Below are positions 12,701 through 24,699 of a stretch of 64,000 nt of DNA, one piece after another. Below the pieces are notes generated by a model. That model was not told the DNA's origin, made no database searches, and saw only the letters and a list, made by a program, of their open reading frames with translations. Within the stretch, counting starts at the first letter, position 1, and each line of letters starts with the position of its first letter. A program made the translations under genes and the position numbers. This stretch comes from Diplonema japonicum (taxonomy: Eukaryota > Protista > Euglenozoa: Diplonemea), in contig OZ025704.1 of NCBI GenBank assembly GCA_964019335.1, positions 62,001 to 126,000 of the forward strand, given 5' to 3'.

Positions 12701-15700
12701 TGTTGCAGCTCGAGATATGACTGGTGGACAAACCGGGCGCTATAGTCGACGAACACGATAATCCCGTCTGGCTGGAGGTTGGTGACGTGGATTTCCTTGG
12801 CTTCTTCCTGCCGGCGGTGCACGTAGTTGTGGAAGGCGTAAGCCATCATCTGCTTACGCAAAAGCCACATGAAAGAGGTTACGGAGTACGGGGTTCACAG
12901 ACCTGGGCCTGCGATCTTTTGAAAGTTTCATACTTCCTGAAGGTGATCCGACGGGACCCCACCAGCTCGTGCTTGAAACATGAGGGGAAGAGAATTGGCC
13001 CACAAGACTTGCAAGCTCCAGTTGAACACGGGAGGCTGTCGCGGTTGCAGAGAATAGTCTCCAGCAGATCATTCAGATCGCTGATTGGTACAATTCCGTG
13101 TTCTTTGCACCCCTCATCGCAGCTCGATCTGTACTCCTGCGCTGAACGCCAGCTGCAGAGGTTGTCAAGCTTAAGCTCTGTCTGGTGTCTGCTTGCAAAA
13201 TACCCGAGGGGTGTTCGGGGCAGGTCGCACCTCCAGAGGACGCAACGCAAAAAAGATTGTACGCTTCGCAAGACCGCCCTCCGCTACGTACTTGTTAAAC
13301 AGTGCGGTGTACGAAATACGAAGCAACATGAGGTTCACCTTCCGTGTGTCGCCCTGGACCAGCTTCTGCTGCTTCGCAAACTCTGCGTTCGTCCTCCAAA
13401 ACTTCCGGACGCTTTTTCGCATGACCTCTTAGCTCCGCTATCTTCAGCCTTCTGAGGGGGGCACGTGCACGGTACAGTCGGCGGTTTTCCTTCCCGCCCC
13501 CGACAAACCCCAGATCCTTCGCGACGCCATTTATCAGATCGTAGTTCGCGAGCACAGAGAGGAGTGCCTTTCTTTGCTTATTTCCGAGGGTAGGCCATGC
13601 CCAGCGGATAGTAGCACAACAAGAACAGCTGCACATCCCTGCTTCTGGCGTCTTCTTAGCAGATGTGGGTGTCCCGCCAAGGCGGGTTGGTGTAGAGGGG
13701 ATGCCTTGTTCGGTCGGCTGCGGTGCTCTCTTCACGACGGCCCTCGACATGGCAGAGTGACAAGGGGGGCAAACACACCGATCAGGTGCGTATGGGGGGA
13801 TAGCGAACTGTGCCTGCACTGTAGGATCATTACAGTGAGGTGAGCGCAGTTTGTACTTCCCTGAGACGAGGTCTCTCACCTTCTGTCGCGTGCATTTGAA
13901 GCCGTTGGTGGCGCATACTTTCCCCCGGGTCCCAAAACCCTTCTTTCCCAAGGATGTCAAGCATTTCACACACACTACTTCCCTCTCACCTTCTGTTGAA
14001 CAACACTGGGCAGGGTCTCATACTTGAATAACCCATCCACAGACCCCATATTCTTTTAGAAATAAAGTACAGTCCCCTTAGTACGTGTTTTGGGTGTCCA
14101 GGTGCACACAAACTACGCCAAAAACCAAAAAAAAACCATTCTAAAAAGCATGTTTTTGCACGCGTGTTTTAGAAATGAAACAGACGGTGAGCATTGTGAC
14201 CTATATGGTGTTCAAGCTTAGACTGCAATTCTGCACACGTGGTGTCGGACTACTTTTGTACTTAGAAATTTTCCGAGGATTTTGCGTTGCAAAAGAGGGT
14301 CATTTGTTGACATTTTTTTTCCGGACGAGCTCATATAGATATATATCCCCCCTCCCCCTCTAATTTTTTTTTTTTAAACTTTAGAATGGTCCAAGCCCCC
14401 CTGACATGCCTGCTGGGTTTATCGGTTTGTTATATGAACCGCTGCCGCCGAATGTTCCTCTTGGAAAGCAGTTGCCACCGTTGATACAGAAAGTATAGAG
14501 AAAAAAAGAAGAAAAGAAAAATACGACACAGCTCTTCCAACCTGTCATCTACCACCCCCGCAACATAGGGTACACGGAGCTTCCACCTGAATGTCAAATC
14601 TTTGCAGACGAGAAGAGGTGCAATGCGGTTCTTTACTGCGTGCTGCCTATTATCTCGACATGCATTATCGGGCATTCTGCAAGGATGAACACGTTCCTCC
14701 TCACGGAGTCTATACCTAGGAGGGTGATGGGGTTGCTTGCTACGGGAGGGCTTCAACGGCATCTTGTGCTGGCTGTTATATGGTTCATGAAAGCGCTGAT
14801 CGTCAGCGGGGATGAGATGGTTGCACGGCATGTGGTGCAGCACCGCCTTCTCTCCCCTCTCCTTGAGCTTCTTGCTTCGTCCAAGAGGTACGACCTTGTC
14901 AACTCGGCGCTGTTGTCGGTTCTTGAACATATTTGGAGGGAGAACTGTCGGACTGTGATTAAGTACATAGTGACGGAACACGTTGATGTTCTGGACTCGA
15001 TCACCTACACGGAGGTTGGGAAGTTTGTAAGAGAGACCTATGCTAGGAACATGGAGTTCTCTCCTGCTAATGGTATTTGGAGGGGAAAAAAAAAAAAAAG
15101 AAAAAAAAATCAGAAATCAACACACCGACATCTAAACGGCCAGCTTCTGTGTCAGGACCATTCCACTCCCGGCTTGAGGACGCTGGTGATGCGAATTACT
15201 TCGATGCTGACGATGACGACATGGAATCGGAGGTGTGATTTTTTTTTATTTTTTTATTTTTTGCATGAACAAGAAAAAAAACAATATATTGATAATGAAT
15301 TGTTAGTGCTAAAAAGAGTAGTGGTGGCATTGTTGGGCTTATCCTTCTACAGGTTAATCCCCCGGCTGTGCACAAACAAAAAAAGGCTCCAGCGACAGAC
15401 AGTTGCATATTCCTTGAATGTGAGAAAAACCACAGTTCAGGATACAACTGCTGTCGCTGCGGCAGGGTGGGAAGTCCCTCCTGTCTGAAGACTTTCACTG
15501 CCGACCTTGAACTCGGAAGTTGGGTCTGTCCGCCCTGCCTTTGGGTCGTTCAGATCAACGGCGAGGAGATGGTGATCGTTCCCACTCCCTCCCCGAAGGC
15601 TCCTCCTGTTCCTCCGGAAGGATCTACTCCCTCCTTGTCGGAAGCAGTTGAAGCTTTCTGAGCAGTCCTCAAGGCGTGCCTTCGTGCACACGAAACACGG

Positions 15701-15957
15701 AGATCTTGTTGACCATGGAGGTCGGTCTGGAAACTTGCTAGGTCGCGGAGGCCTCACTGACCGTGGAGGTCAGCCTGCAAGTTTCCAGGGACGCTTGGAA
15801 CACGTCGGCACCTTCGAAGCCCTTCCCGATTCCCTTGATATTAAACGCCCTATCTCATGGAAGGGCGGCTGTGCACAAACGGGGGGGGGGAAAAAAAAAG
15901 AAGAAAAAAAATTAAAAGGATTCTACTACTAAGAAGCGCAGGACGGATGTGTCTTAA
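9702..15957 (+). CDS. PPP4R3: Protein phosphatase 4 regulatory subunit 3 (SMEK/Psy2); exons 9702-11042, 14385-14492, 14532-15072, 15114-15232, probable last exon 15919-15957
   Basis: EVH1-like N-terminus (RCKLYKL..W...GVG; YQKQQDTLILF..GLSFE...GC..TW), KIQQVYLVQYLKETV, RYDLVNSALLSVLEHI. Intron 1 (11043-14384) holds a transposon. 3' exon structure uncertain. Confidence 0.85.
11065..14332 (-). mobile_element. Sola2-like DNA transposon (3,268 bp) in PP4R3 intron 1, opposite orientation
   Basis: GAGCTC termini with imperfect TIR (gagctc[gtccgga]aaaa..atgtcaaca); ATAT duplicated at 11061-11064 and 14333-14336; encodes DDD transposase remnants. Confidence 0.85.
11827..14036 (-). pseudogene. Sola2-type DDD transposase, frameshifted
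   Basis: Catalytic-type motifs VDYSARF, FFSDNAKHFK, WLFFAPAHGWSLCDTEG; FFALRP motif; Cys cluster CNRDSLPCSTGACKSC. ATG 14036 plus a 31-nt GT-AG intron (14023-13993) gives MGYSKGEREVVCVKC; frame breaks near 13430, 13190 and 12895. Confidence 0.8.
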
Positions 15958-16724
15958 GAAAGAGATTACTTTAATTTTTTTTTTTTATCATTCCCTCATC
16001 CCTTTTTTTTATTTGTGATGCTCCCCCCCCCCTTTTTTTTAACAAGAAGAATTAGTTCCCGGGGTATAAAAAATTAACGTTGTTTGTAAACAGCTTTTTT
16101 TTTATTTGTGAGAAAAGAAAATTTCTCAAAAAAGGAAGAGGTGGTGGTGGGGGGGGGGGGGGGGTGTACTAGTATTTGTAAACTGGAGGGGGGGAGTAAG
16201 CCAAGAAAAAAAAAAGAGGCAACTTTCCATAGTGTGATTTTGAAAGAAAGAAACGGGGAATGGGCAGAAATACTTGTTGTTCTTTTTTTTTTTTTTTCTT
16301 CCACCCCAGAGAATGAACTTAGACTTTTAGGACAGGAGTAATTTAAAAAAAAAAACACAACCCCCCCCCCCCCCCTTCCCCCCGGGTGAGCGCGAAGACG
16401 CACCATAAGTCTAGTTTTTTTTTTAGTTATCCCCCTCTCCCCCCCCCCCACTTTTCTATTTTTTATCCCAGACAATTTCTTTTTTTACTCCCTCCCCACC
16501 CCTTAGACTAGGAAGAAAAAAAAAACAAAAAACAAAAACATTCGTCTTAAAAAATTGATTTCAGTTTTTCTTGTGTCCCAAATTAAAAAAAAAAAAAAAA
16601 ACCTCAGCGTGGAAAGGGGGGGAGGGGAGGGAGCGGGGAAAAAAAAAAAAAGTGGAGAAGGCAAAGCTTGCTTTATGGCGGGCAAAAAAAACCCTGGTGG
16701 TTGCGAAGAGAAAGCCTCGCAACA

Positions 16725-17449
16725 ATGACACGGAGGAAGCAGCACCACAGCGAGCAAAGTACACTTTTCTGAAAAAAACAGACATCCCAGAACACCTTGA
16801 GAGATACTATCTGTACGAAAACACCATGATGCTACAAGAGAACTCAGAGGAAGGCCACACCAAGACCCTCGCATGGATGGTCATGATAGTGTCGCCCTCA
16901 GGAATCACACTTCTGAACGACGTTGAGGGTTGCTGTACCGTGCATTTCCGTGAAATTAGAAAGGTAGTTTGCGATGAGGAAGAAATCAGGATTCACAGGT
17001 ACAGTCCTAAGGGTGTGTGTGTTTTCCCGTACTCAGTGGATGCCTTTGATGTTGCGCTGTTTTTGGAGAGTCTCTGGGCAGTTAAAGGTGAAGGATGGAA
17101 CGGTGTTACAGTAGATTGTGGTGTCTTGGAGTCGCATGGTCCTCCTGTTCGTTCTATTCAACGGTTTTTGTCAAGCCCGTCAGTGTTCTCCGAGCCCCTT
17201 GTGCGGGGGGCTGTCACAACTGTGCACCAGTCTGAATCTCCGCAGCCGTCGTATTTTGCAGTAGCGTCTATTGAGAAGGAACCCATAGTACACGATGTTG
17301 AGGAGGTTGTGTCTTCTTCGCCGCTTCTCGTGCCCGATTCTTCTCCTGCTCGCCAGCGGTTGCTCGACCTCACCAAGGCGCTTGTGCGTACCGCCGAACA
17401 ACCTCGGCACACAACGCCTACTCGTGCGAGGGCTTCATGGATGGAGTAG
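16725..17449 (+). CDS. Hypothetical protein (possible PH-like N-terminal fold, Ser/Pro-rich tail); start uncertain
   Basis: About 240 codons of normal-complexity ORF between homopolymer spacers. Start may be ATG 16725 (needs a 23-nt intron 16759-16781), ATG 16675 (needs a homopolymer correction) or ATG 16826. Confidence 0.6.
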
Positions 17450-17466
17450 GTTTGTTGTTTGTTTGT

Positions 17467-17498
<32 letters not shown>

Positions 17499-17528
17499 CT
17501 GGAGGGTCATATCACCACCCAGACACAC

Positions 17529-17555
<27 letters not shown>

Positions 17556-17560
<5 letters not shown>

Positions 17561-18041
17561 GAAAGAAAAATCGGACAAAAAAGAAAAAAAAGAGAAGAAG
17601 GATAAGAAGGATAAAAAGCGGGAGGCGGAGGAGGCAGTGCCTGTGGAGAGGAAGGCCAAGAAGGCGAAGAAGGAGAAACATGGGCCTGTGAAGAAAAGAG
17701 CGAGCTGGGAAGACCTGGAGGTGATGGGGATGAACGGGAGCACGAACCTGGCAACGAAAAGGGTGCTGGCTGTGATTAAGAAACACGAGGACTTCGGCAG
17801 GGATAAGCGGACGCTGGACTTGAATGACACATATAACCCTGATGCCTATCTGGTGAAGCCGACTGTTGAGGATCTTTTTACGGGTATTTTCAAAGAAAAA
17901 AAAAAAAAAAATACCACAGTCGACGGCCTGCTCTCCACTCCCGTGAGGCGCCAAACTGTTGAAGAACGACGCACAGTGTACTGCCGAACATGTCCTGCAG
18001 AAAACTGGCGTACCCCAATTTTTCCCGCGAGAGAAAAATGA
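17556..18041 (+). CDS. Hypothetical Lys/Glu-rich protein; join(17556..17883,17920..18041)
   Basis: ATG after A-tract; KKEKKDKK N-terminus; 36-nt in-frame GT-poly(A)-CAG intron. Confidence 0.75.
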
Positions 18042-18172
18042 TTTCCTCCCCTCAAATCCCCCCCCCATTCAATTTCGGTATCATCTTATAGTTCAGATTT
18101 TTATTTTTTTTATTTTTTAGATTTTTTTCTGACCTCAAAAAAAAAAGAATAAAAAAAAAGAAAACACCCCAA

Positions 18173-19790
18173 ATGGGCGACCCTTCGAACGGCTCAGAGG
18201 CAGACGTGTGGCGGAAGATCAAATGGAACGGATGGGGCTCGAAGAACGTGAGCATGAAGCTTTCGGAGACGGACCCGAACGCGTGCATCCACCCGAGCGG
18301 GAACTTGATCCCCGGGCTGCTGCCGTTCATGAGGCAGGAGCTTTACGGAAGCTCGGAGGTGAAGCCTCTTAACAAGACCCCAAGCCTGTCGCTCCAAGAA
18401 GTCCTTAAAAGAATGCCGGCACCCGTTGTCAATAAGGCATTCCTACATGAATTGAAATTACAGTCAAGCCAGGTTCAAGTCGACGGTGAAGCACGCCTGA
18501 CGCACGCTGTAGGAAAGAACTACCGAGACCTATGGAGGGTGAGGAACGGGTTCCTGCAACGGCCCCCTGACGCGGTGATCCTCCCCCACTCCCACGAGGA
18601 TGTCGTGAAGCTGGTGGACACCGCGTACAAACACGATGTGTGCTTAATACCCTTCGGGGGTGGGACAAATGTAGTCGGTGCCATTGAACCCGATCCAGCA
18701 GAGACCACAAGGATGACAGTGTCGGTTGACCTTCGCAGAATGAACAAAATGATGTGGGTTGAGAAGGATTCGCAACATGCGTGTTTTGAGTCGGGCGTCC
18801 TCGGCCCCGACCTTGAGGAACAACTGTCACGGTACGGGTTTACATTCGGTCACGATCCCGATTCTCACATCCATTCCACGTTGGGGGGTTGGGCTGCAAC
18901 ACGAAGCAGCGGCGCGCAATCCAACAAATACGGTGAAATGGAAGACATGATTGTGTCCATGACCATTGTCACACCACGTGGGGTTGTTACAACCCCCACC
19001 GCACCGCGCGCGGTCGGTGTTTCCTTGAAAGAAGTCTTTCTTGGTTCCGAAGGTGTTTTCGGGATCATCACCAATCTTGTGATCAAGGTGCAAAACATCC
19101 CCGAGCAGCGGATTTGCGAGGGTTGGCTTGTGGCATCCTTTGAGGAGGGTGCCGAGGCGTTCCGTCAAGCCACCATCAACGACATCCACCCCGCCACCCT
19201 GCGACTATACGACGACGATGAGACCAGGCTGTCCTTCTCGATGAAGTACAAGCCCACGCTCGTCCAATCCTTCCTCAGCAAAGGGATCAAAGCCTACGCG
19301 GAGAAGTGGAAGGGAATGAACATGGACAAAGTGTGCCTCGCCATCGTCGGCTACGAAGGCACAAAAACCGCCGTATCCCAGCAAAGACAAGCCTTCCACC
19401 GACACCTTACAAAGGCCACCAAATCCCTGTGCTTGGGAACCGGCCCCGGAAAAAATTGGCTGGAGAAGAAGTACGACCTTCCGTACATCCGCGACTTCAG
19501 TCTTGATGTATGATTTTTTTTTTTTTCCAAAAAAAATTTTTTTTTCTCCCCAGAATGGTCTTTGGAGTGATGTTCTAGAAACGACCACTGACTACGCCAG
19601 GATGATCCCCCTTTGGAGGGATGTGAAGCAAGCAGTGAGAGACACCTGGGCTAGCCTTGGGGTGAAGGGCTGGATTGGATGCCACTTGGGCCACCAGTAC
19701 AAAACCGGGACGTGCCTTTACTTCACCTTCGCAGGGGAGCAGTTTGATGAGAAGGATATTGAGGAGAGATTCTTGCCTCTGAAGGTATTC

Positions 19791-19821
<31 letters not shown>

Positions 19822-20187
19822 AAGGTCGCCGCAACTGAAGCCATAATAAAGCACCGAGGGGCACTGGCACACCACCATGGCGTGGGGTACGAGCATGTTC
19901 CATGGATGGAAAAGTATGCTGGGAAGGAGCATAAAATAATTTAAAAAAAAAAAATAATAATAATAATAAGGTACCACGGCAAGGTTGGGTTGTACATCAT
20001 GCAGGTTATCAAGGAAGCGCTGGACCCGAAGGGGATTTGCAACCCGGGGAAGCTGCTTCCTCTCAGAGACGACCCGAATAAGAGCGAGGAAGAGAACGAG
20101 GCAGCAAAGAAAGCAGCAATGATGTTCTTCAAAATGGGGGTCATGAAGCATGTGACCGGCCTCAATAAGGGAAAGGCGAAAATGTAG
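18173..20187 (+). CDS. AGPS: Alkyl-dihydroxyacetonephosphate synthase; join(18173..19507,19554..19784,19825..19913,19971..20187)
   Basis: KWNGWG, PFGGGTNV, GHDPDS..HSTLGGWAATRSSG...NKYG, GSEGVFG, HHHGVG, LDPKGICNPGKLL; ends in PTS1-type AKM. Confidence 0.95.
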
Positions 20188-20894
20188 GAAAGAGAAGAAA
20201 AAAAAAATAGGGTGGGGGAATTCACTTAATACGCAAGAAAAGTGCCGGAATTCATTATATACCCAAAACCGGGTTTTTTGGGGGTTTGGGGAGCCCTTCC
20301 TTCTTGCTTTCGTTATTATTTACAGCCCTGCTCAGCAAAATACCCAAGAAGCCCAATTAGTGAATTTTTTTTTTTTGATTTTTTTTTTGGATACTAAATG
20401 AATTACCCCCCCCCCAAAAAAAGAAAACAACAAAAAACGTCTGCTCCTTTTATTTTTTTATTTTCATATTATTTTTTTTCAAAGGAAGGGGGGAAAAAAA
20501 AAAAAACCATGAGAAACCATCGCTTCAGGGTGCTAACAATATATATTTTTTTAAAAAAAAAATAATAATAATAGAAACGACCCTTTTTTTTGATTCGTTC
20601 ATTGCACCCCTCCCCCCTCCGCACACCCTCTTTTTTTTTTTTTTTTTCCCCTTTTCTCCTCTTCTCCATGTCGACACACACATTTGCACATGACCTTTTT
20701 CTTTATATATATTCACCCCCCCCCCCCCCCCCCTTCTCGCTGCGAAATGAAAATAAAAAATCACTTCCTTAACAGGTACCCCCCCCCCCTAACGTGGGGC
20801 GCCATTCCCCCCCCCCCCCCCCTCCCCCTTCTTTACACGGGAGGAGAAAAAAAAAGCGGAGAGAGAGAAAGAAAGAAAGAAAAAAAAAAAGGAA

Positions 20895-22718
20895 ATGGCT
20901 TATCCTGTTACCGAAGCAGCGTACGAACTGCTTTCAGAGGTTGGAAAGGGCGCAACAGCGACAGTGTTCAGAGGAATGTGCCTCCCGCTGCAGGAGGAGG
21001 TTGCCGTGAAGATCATCAACCTCGACAACACGATGCTGGAAGTCGAACAATTCCAAAGGGAAATAGCCATCATGAGCAAGTCCAGCCACGTTAACGTAGT
21101 AAAGCTCCACTCCTCCTTCTCGCAGAGAAACTGCCTATGGCTCATCCTGGACTACTATCCGTACGGCTCAGTAGCAGATGTCCTCCGCCACTCCGGCGGG
21201 TTAAAAGACCACGAGGATCTCATAGTTGCACTTCTATACCAATCCCTCCAAGCCTTGCACTACTTCCACGCCAACGGCCAAATGCATCGTGATGTGAAAG
21301 CAGCAAATCTCTTATTGAGTGAAAACGGGTACATCGCAATGGCTGATTTTGGAGTTTCAGCTGAAGCCCCAGCATGCCGGGGGAGCGTTGCAAGGCAAAC
21401 ATTTGTCGGGACCCCATGCTGGATGGCACCTGAGATATTAACAAGGAAAGGATACCGCAAGACAGCGGATATTTGGTCGTTGGGGATCACCGCGTTGGAG
21501 ATGGCGTTTAGCAAACCGCCGCTTGCAGCCTTCCCTCCTATGAAGGTCATGGCGATAACATTGCGCGGCGACCCGCCTAGTGTCGATAAGTACGGGTGCC
21601 CCAACCGATTGTCGCAGGAGTTTAAAAATTTTGTCGATCAGTGTCTTAACAAGAATCCTGCGAAACGTCCCAGCGCGCAGGAGCTCCTCGACGGCCCGTT
21701 GTTCAGACATATTACAAGCTCCGAACACGCTGCTGAAATCGCCAAAAAATGTTTGTCAGCAATGGGTTTAAAACCGCTGACCCACAAACCAGTTGAAGAA
21801 GTACCAACCATCGAGGCCGTGGTCGACTGGGCCTTCCCGTCGACGATCGGCGGAGGCTCCAGCGCGGAAAGCGACGGCGAACAATGGAGAAGCGAGTGCG
21901 CGCATTCCCACAAAGTGTCATCTGCAAGATACACCAAAGGAAACATCATCGAAACGCATTCTAGACTGACGACTTACAGGGCCACCATGAAACAGGGAAA
22001 CAGCGTTGTCGCGTTACATGAGATAGAGTGCGATGCAGGAAGTTACAACGAGCAAATATTCTCCCCCGGTGCCATTGAAACCATCCTGTCTATTCAACAC
22101 GAAGGCCTCCTGCAGTGCATGGAGGTCTGGGAAAACGGCGAAGACCGAGCATGCTATGTTACAGAAGCAAAGGAACACAGTTCCATAGGTAATCATCTCA
22201 CATGCAAAGGCCCGTTCAGCGAAACAACTGCCATCAAACACGCAAAGGTGATCGGACAAGGGCTGGAACTGTTGCACTCCCTCGGCATCATGCACAGGAG
22301 AGTCATGCCGCACTCTGTATTCATCACCGCCGACGGTAATGTTAAGCTTGGTGCTGTCATGTCGACACTGTTGCCTGCTTCTCATAAATACGTGTCTATG
22401 CGGCAGGTAGACCCTCCTGGTGGTGTTGAGGCCTATCTAGCTTCGGAGCAGTTTGAAGATGATTTCGATGAAAAGGTTGATATTTACGCGTACGGGTTAC
22501 TCCTGTTGGAAATGCTCACAGCGAGGCCGCCCTACCAAGAGGCCAAGAACCCCATGAAGCTCGTGCAGCTGAAGACGCAGGGGATACCGCCCGACTCGCT
22601 CACGACGCTTACTTGCTCGGCTCCTCTTAAAAATCTCATTGAGCGGTGTATCAACCCCGTGTCCTCGCAGCGCCCCAGCATCTCCGACGTCCTTCAAATT
22701 CTGAGCGAGATTCAGTGA
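20895..22718 (+). CDS. STE20-family (OSR1/SPAK-like) kinase fused to a C-terminal pseudokinase domain
   Basis: Domain 1: GKGATA, VAVK, HRDVKAAN, DFG, FVGTPCWMAPE. Domain 2: VALHE, MHRRVMPHSVF, VKLGA, EKVDIYAYGLLLLEMLT, lacking the catalytic K/D and DFG. Confidence 0.9.
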   Translation: MAYPVTEAAYELLSEVGKGATATVFRGMCLPLQEEVAVKIINLDNTMLEVEQFQREIAIMSKSSHVNVVKLHSSFSQRNCLWLILDYYPYGSVADVLRHSGGLKDHEDLIVALLYQSLQALHYFHANGQMHRDVKAANLLLSENGYIAMADFGVSAEAPACRGSVARQTFVGTPCWMAPEILTRKGYRKTADIWSLGITALEMAFSKPPLAAFPPMKVMAITLRGDPPSVDKYGCPNRLSQEFKNFVDQCLNKNPAKRPSAQELLDGPLFRHITSSEHAAEIAKKCLSAMGLKPLTHKPVEEVPTIEAVVDWAFPSTIGGGSSAESDGEQWRSECAHSHKVSSARYTKGNIIETHSRLTTYRATMKQGNSVVALHEIECDAGSYNEQIFSPGAIETILSIQHEGLLQCMEVWENGEDRACYVTEAKEHSSIGNHLTCKGPFSETTAIKHAKVIGQGLELLHSLGIMHRRVMPHSVFITADGNVKLGAVMSTLLPASHKYVSMRQVDPPGGVEAYLASEQFEDDFDEKVDIYAYGLLLLEMLTARPPYQEAKNPMKLVQLKTQGIPPDSLTTLTCSAPLKNLIERCINPVSSQRPSISDVLQILSEIQ

Positions 22719-23394
22719 TTTTTTTTTTTTTTTTTTTTTTTTGTTTTGTAAAGGAAGTGAGGCTGACTCCTTCAAGGGGAGAGAAAAAAAAAAAAAAAAT
22801 GTGTCAAGGAAAAACGGGGTTTTTTTTCTCTTTCTGATTTCCCCTTTTTCCCCTCTCCCCCTCATTTTATTTCCCCCCTCCCATTTTTTTTTCATATAAA
22901 ATCTTGTAGGGCCAACGCACACTCGCACATTCACACACTCTCGGGGAATTTTTTTTTTAAAGGGCGGCCCTATTATAAAAAAAAAGTAGAAGAGGGGTAG
23001 GGGGGGGGGGGGGGGGGAGAGGCATTTCCTTGTTTTCTTTTACCTTGGCATATTTGTGAGAAGAAGAAACAAAAAAAAATCTTTTATAAAAAAAAAAAAA
23101 AAAAAAAAAAAAACACTGGCAACTGCCACTTGTGTTCGAACCATTTTAATTTTTCAAAAAAAAAAAAGGACACTCATATACCTTGAAAAAACCCTCCCGA
23201 GTTCTAAAACTCGTGGATATAGCATTAGAGAAGGAAAAAAAAAAAAAAAAAGAACAAAGCTGATCACTGTTCCCTGAAGGTTCACCCCCGTCCCCCCCTC
23301 CCCTTTTTTCTATTAAGTGTGGGATAGGGGTTCTGAAGTGTCTAATTAATTTATTAAAGGGCGGAGGGGTAAAAATAGCAGGGACTTTGTAATA

Positions 23395-23429
<35 letters not shown>

Positions 23430-24699
23430 CGGAGAAAAAAAAAGAGAAAAAAAAAAAAGAAGTAGAGGAAGGATGAGGTAAGGACCCTCAATGGGCCTAT
23501 CATGCTTAGCCTACCCTTCCCTTCTACTTTCTCTTCTTCTTTTTTTTTTTTTTCCTTTTCTTCTTTTCTCTTTCTTGCAGGCCGTCACTACCTGCGTTTT
23601 GTTCTGGTCAGTTCTGTCACTACCTGTCGCCCCTCTTTTTTTTTTCTCCCTCCTTTACTCTCCCCACCCCTAAAAGAAAATAACTAAAAAAAAAAAAAAA
23701 AACGGGCAGGAAATAAATCAATCTTATTTCTTTTTCGAGGAAGGGGTGGGGGAAAAAAAAGTTTCTTGCCATTGCAGAAGAGATCGTAACAAATGGGATT
23801 CTTTGTTCTTGGAGGGAGGGGAGGGCATTTTTTTTTCTTCTTCTTTCTTGCTCAGCGAAAAAAGGGGACTTTCACGTCTAAAGGAGTTAAAGTGGGAGGG
23901 AGGGAGCTCTATCAGCCCATCCTTTCCCTCCCCTTAAGCCAGTATCCTCTTTAGGTTTCCGCACAATGTCTAAAGAAGAAAAAAAAAAACAAGAAAAATA
24001 AAAGAGAAAAATTGTGCGACTTACATCGGATGGGGGGGTGGGGGGAGGAATGGAAAAAGAAACATAAGGGAAAATAAATTAACAAAACACACATGGACAC
24101 TGCTGCGTGACACAAAAAGAAAAAAAGGAATGAGGGGGGGGGGGGGTGGTCAAATTATTTCTTTTTTGTTATTTTGTACAAAAGAAGGACGCAGAGAAAA
24201 AAAAAAAGAGAAAAACAAATCTTAAAAGAAGGGGGGGAAACAAAAAGAGAGAAATCTTATCAAAGAGCCCACTCACTCTCCGAAGAGTCGCACAACCACG
24301 CAGCTATAGGGGCTGATTGGACTGAGCTCTCCCCCCCACCACCCCACCCCCTTCTTACCATAGCATACACATTAGCATGTTAAGGTGCATGCTGTAGGTT
24401 TACTTTTTTTCTTCTTCTTTTTTTTTCCTGACCAATGGGTAGACAAAGTAAGCAGGGGAACAGAAGAAAAAGAAGGTTCCGGCCATAACCATCCCCCCCC
24501 CTTTTTTTATTCTATTTTATTTCACACCACCCCCCTTTTTTTTCCATTATAAATAAAATGTTTTCACTTCCCCCCCCCTTTTTTTTGGTGGGCCGTTGCT
24601 AACCACTTCGTTTTCCCTATCATAGTGAAGTCCACCCCCTGTTACTGCGCAGTTTGAAAAGAAAGGCAAAAAAAAAAAACTTTTTTTTAAAAATCGAGA

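Noticed and set aside
12870-13440. Programmed frameshifting in the transposase
   Set aside because: Three breaks in different contexts with no shared slippery motif, plus a damaged left TIR; decay or sequencing error is simpler.
11043-14384. PP4R3 intron 1 is 3,342 nt, the same length as the giant-gene repeat unit
   Set aside because: No sequence similarity between them; treated as coincidence.
22720-24699. Poly-K/F/G ORFs here and in other spacers
   Set aside because: Products of homopolymer runs; no coding signal or recognisable RNA gene.
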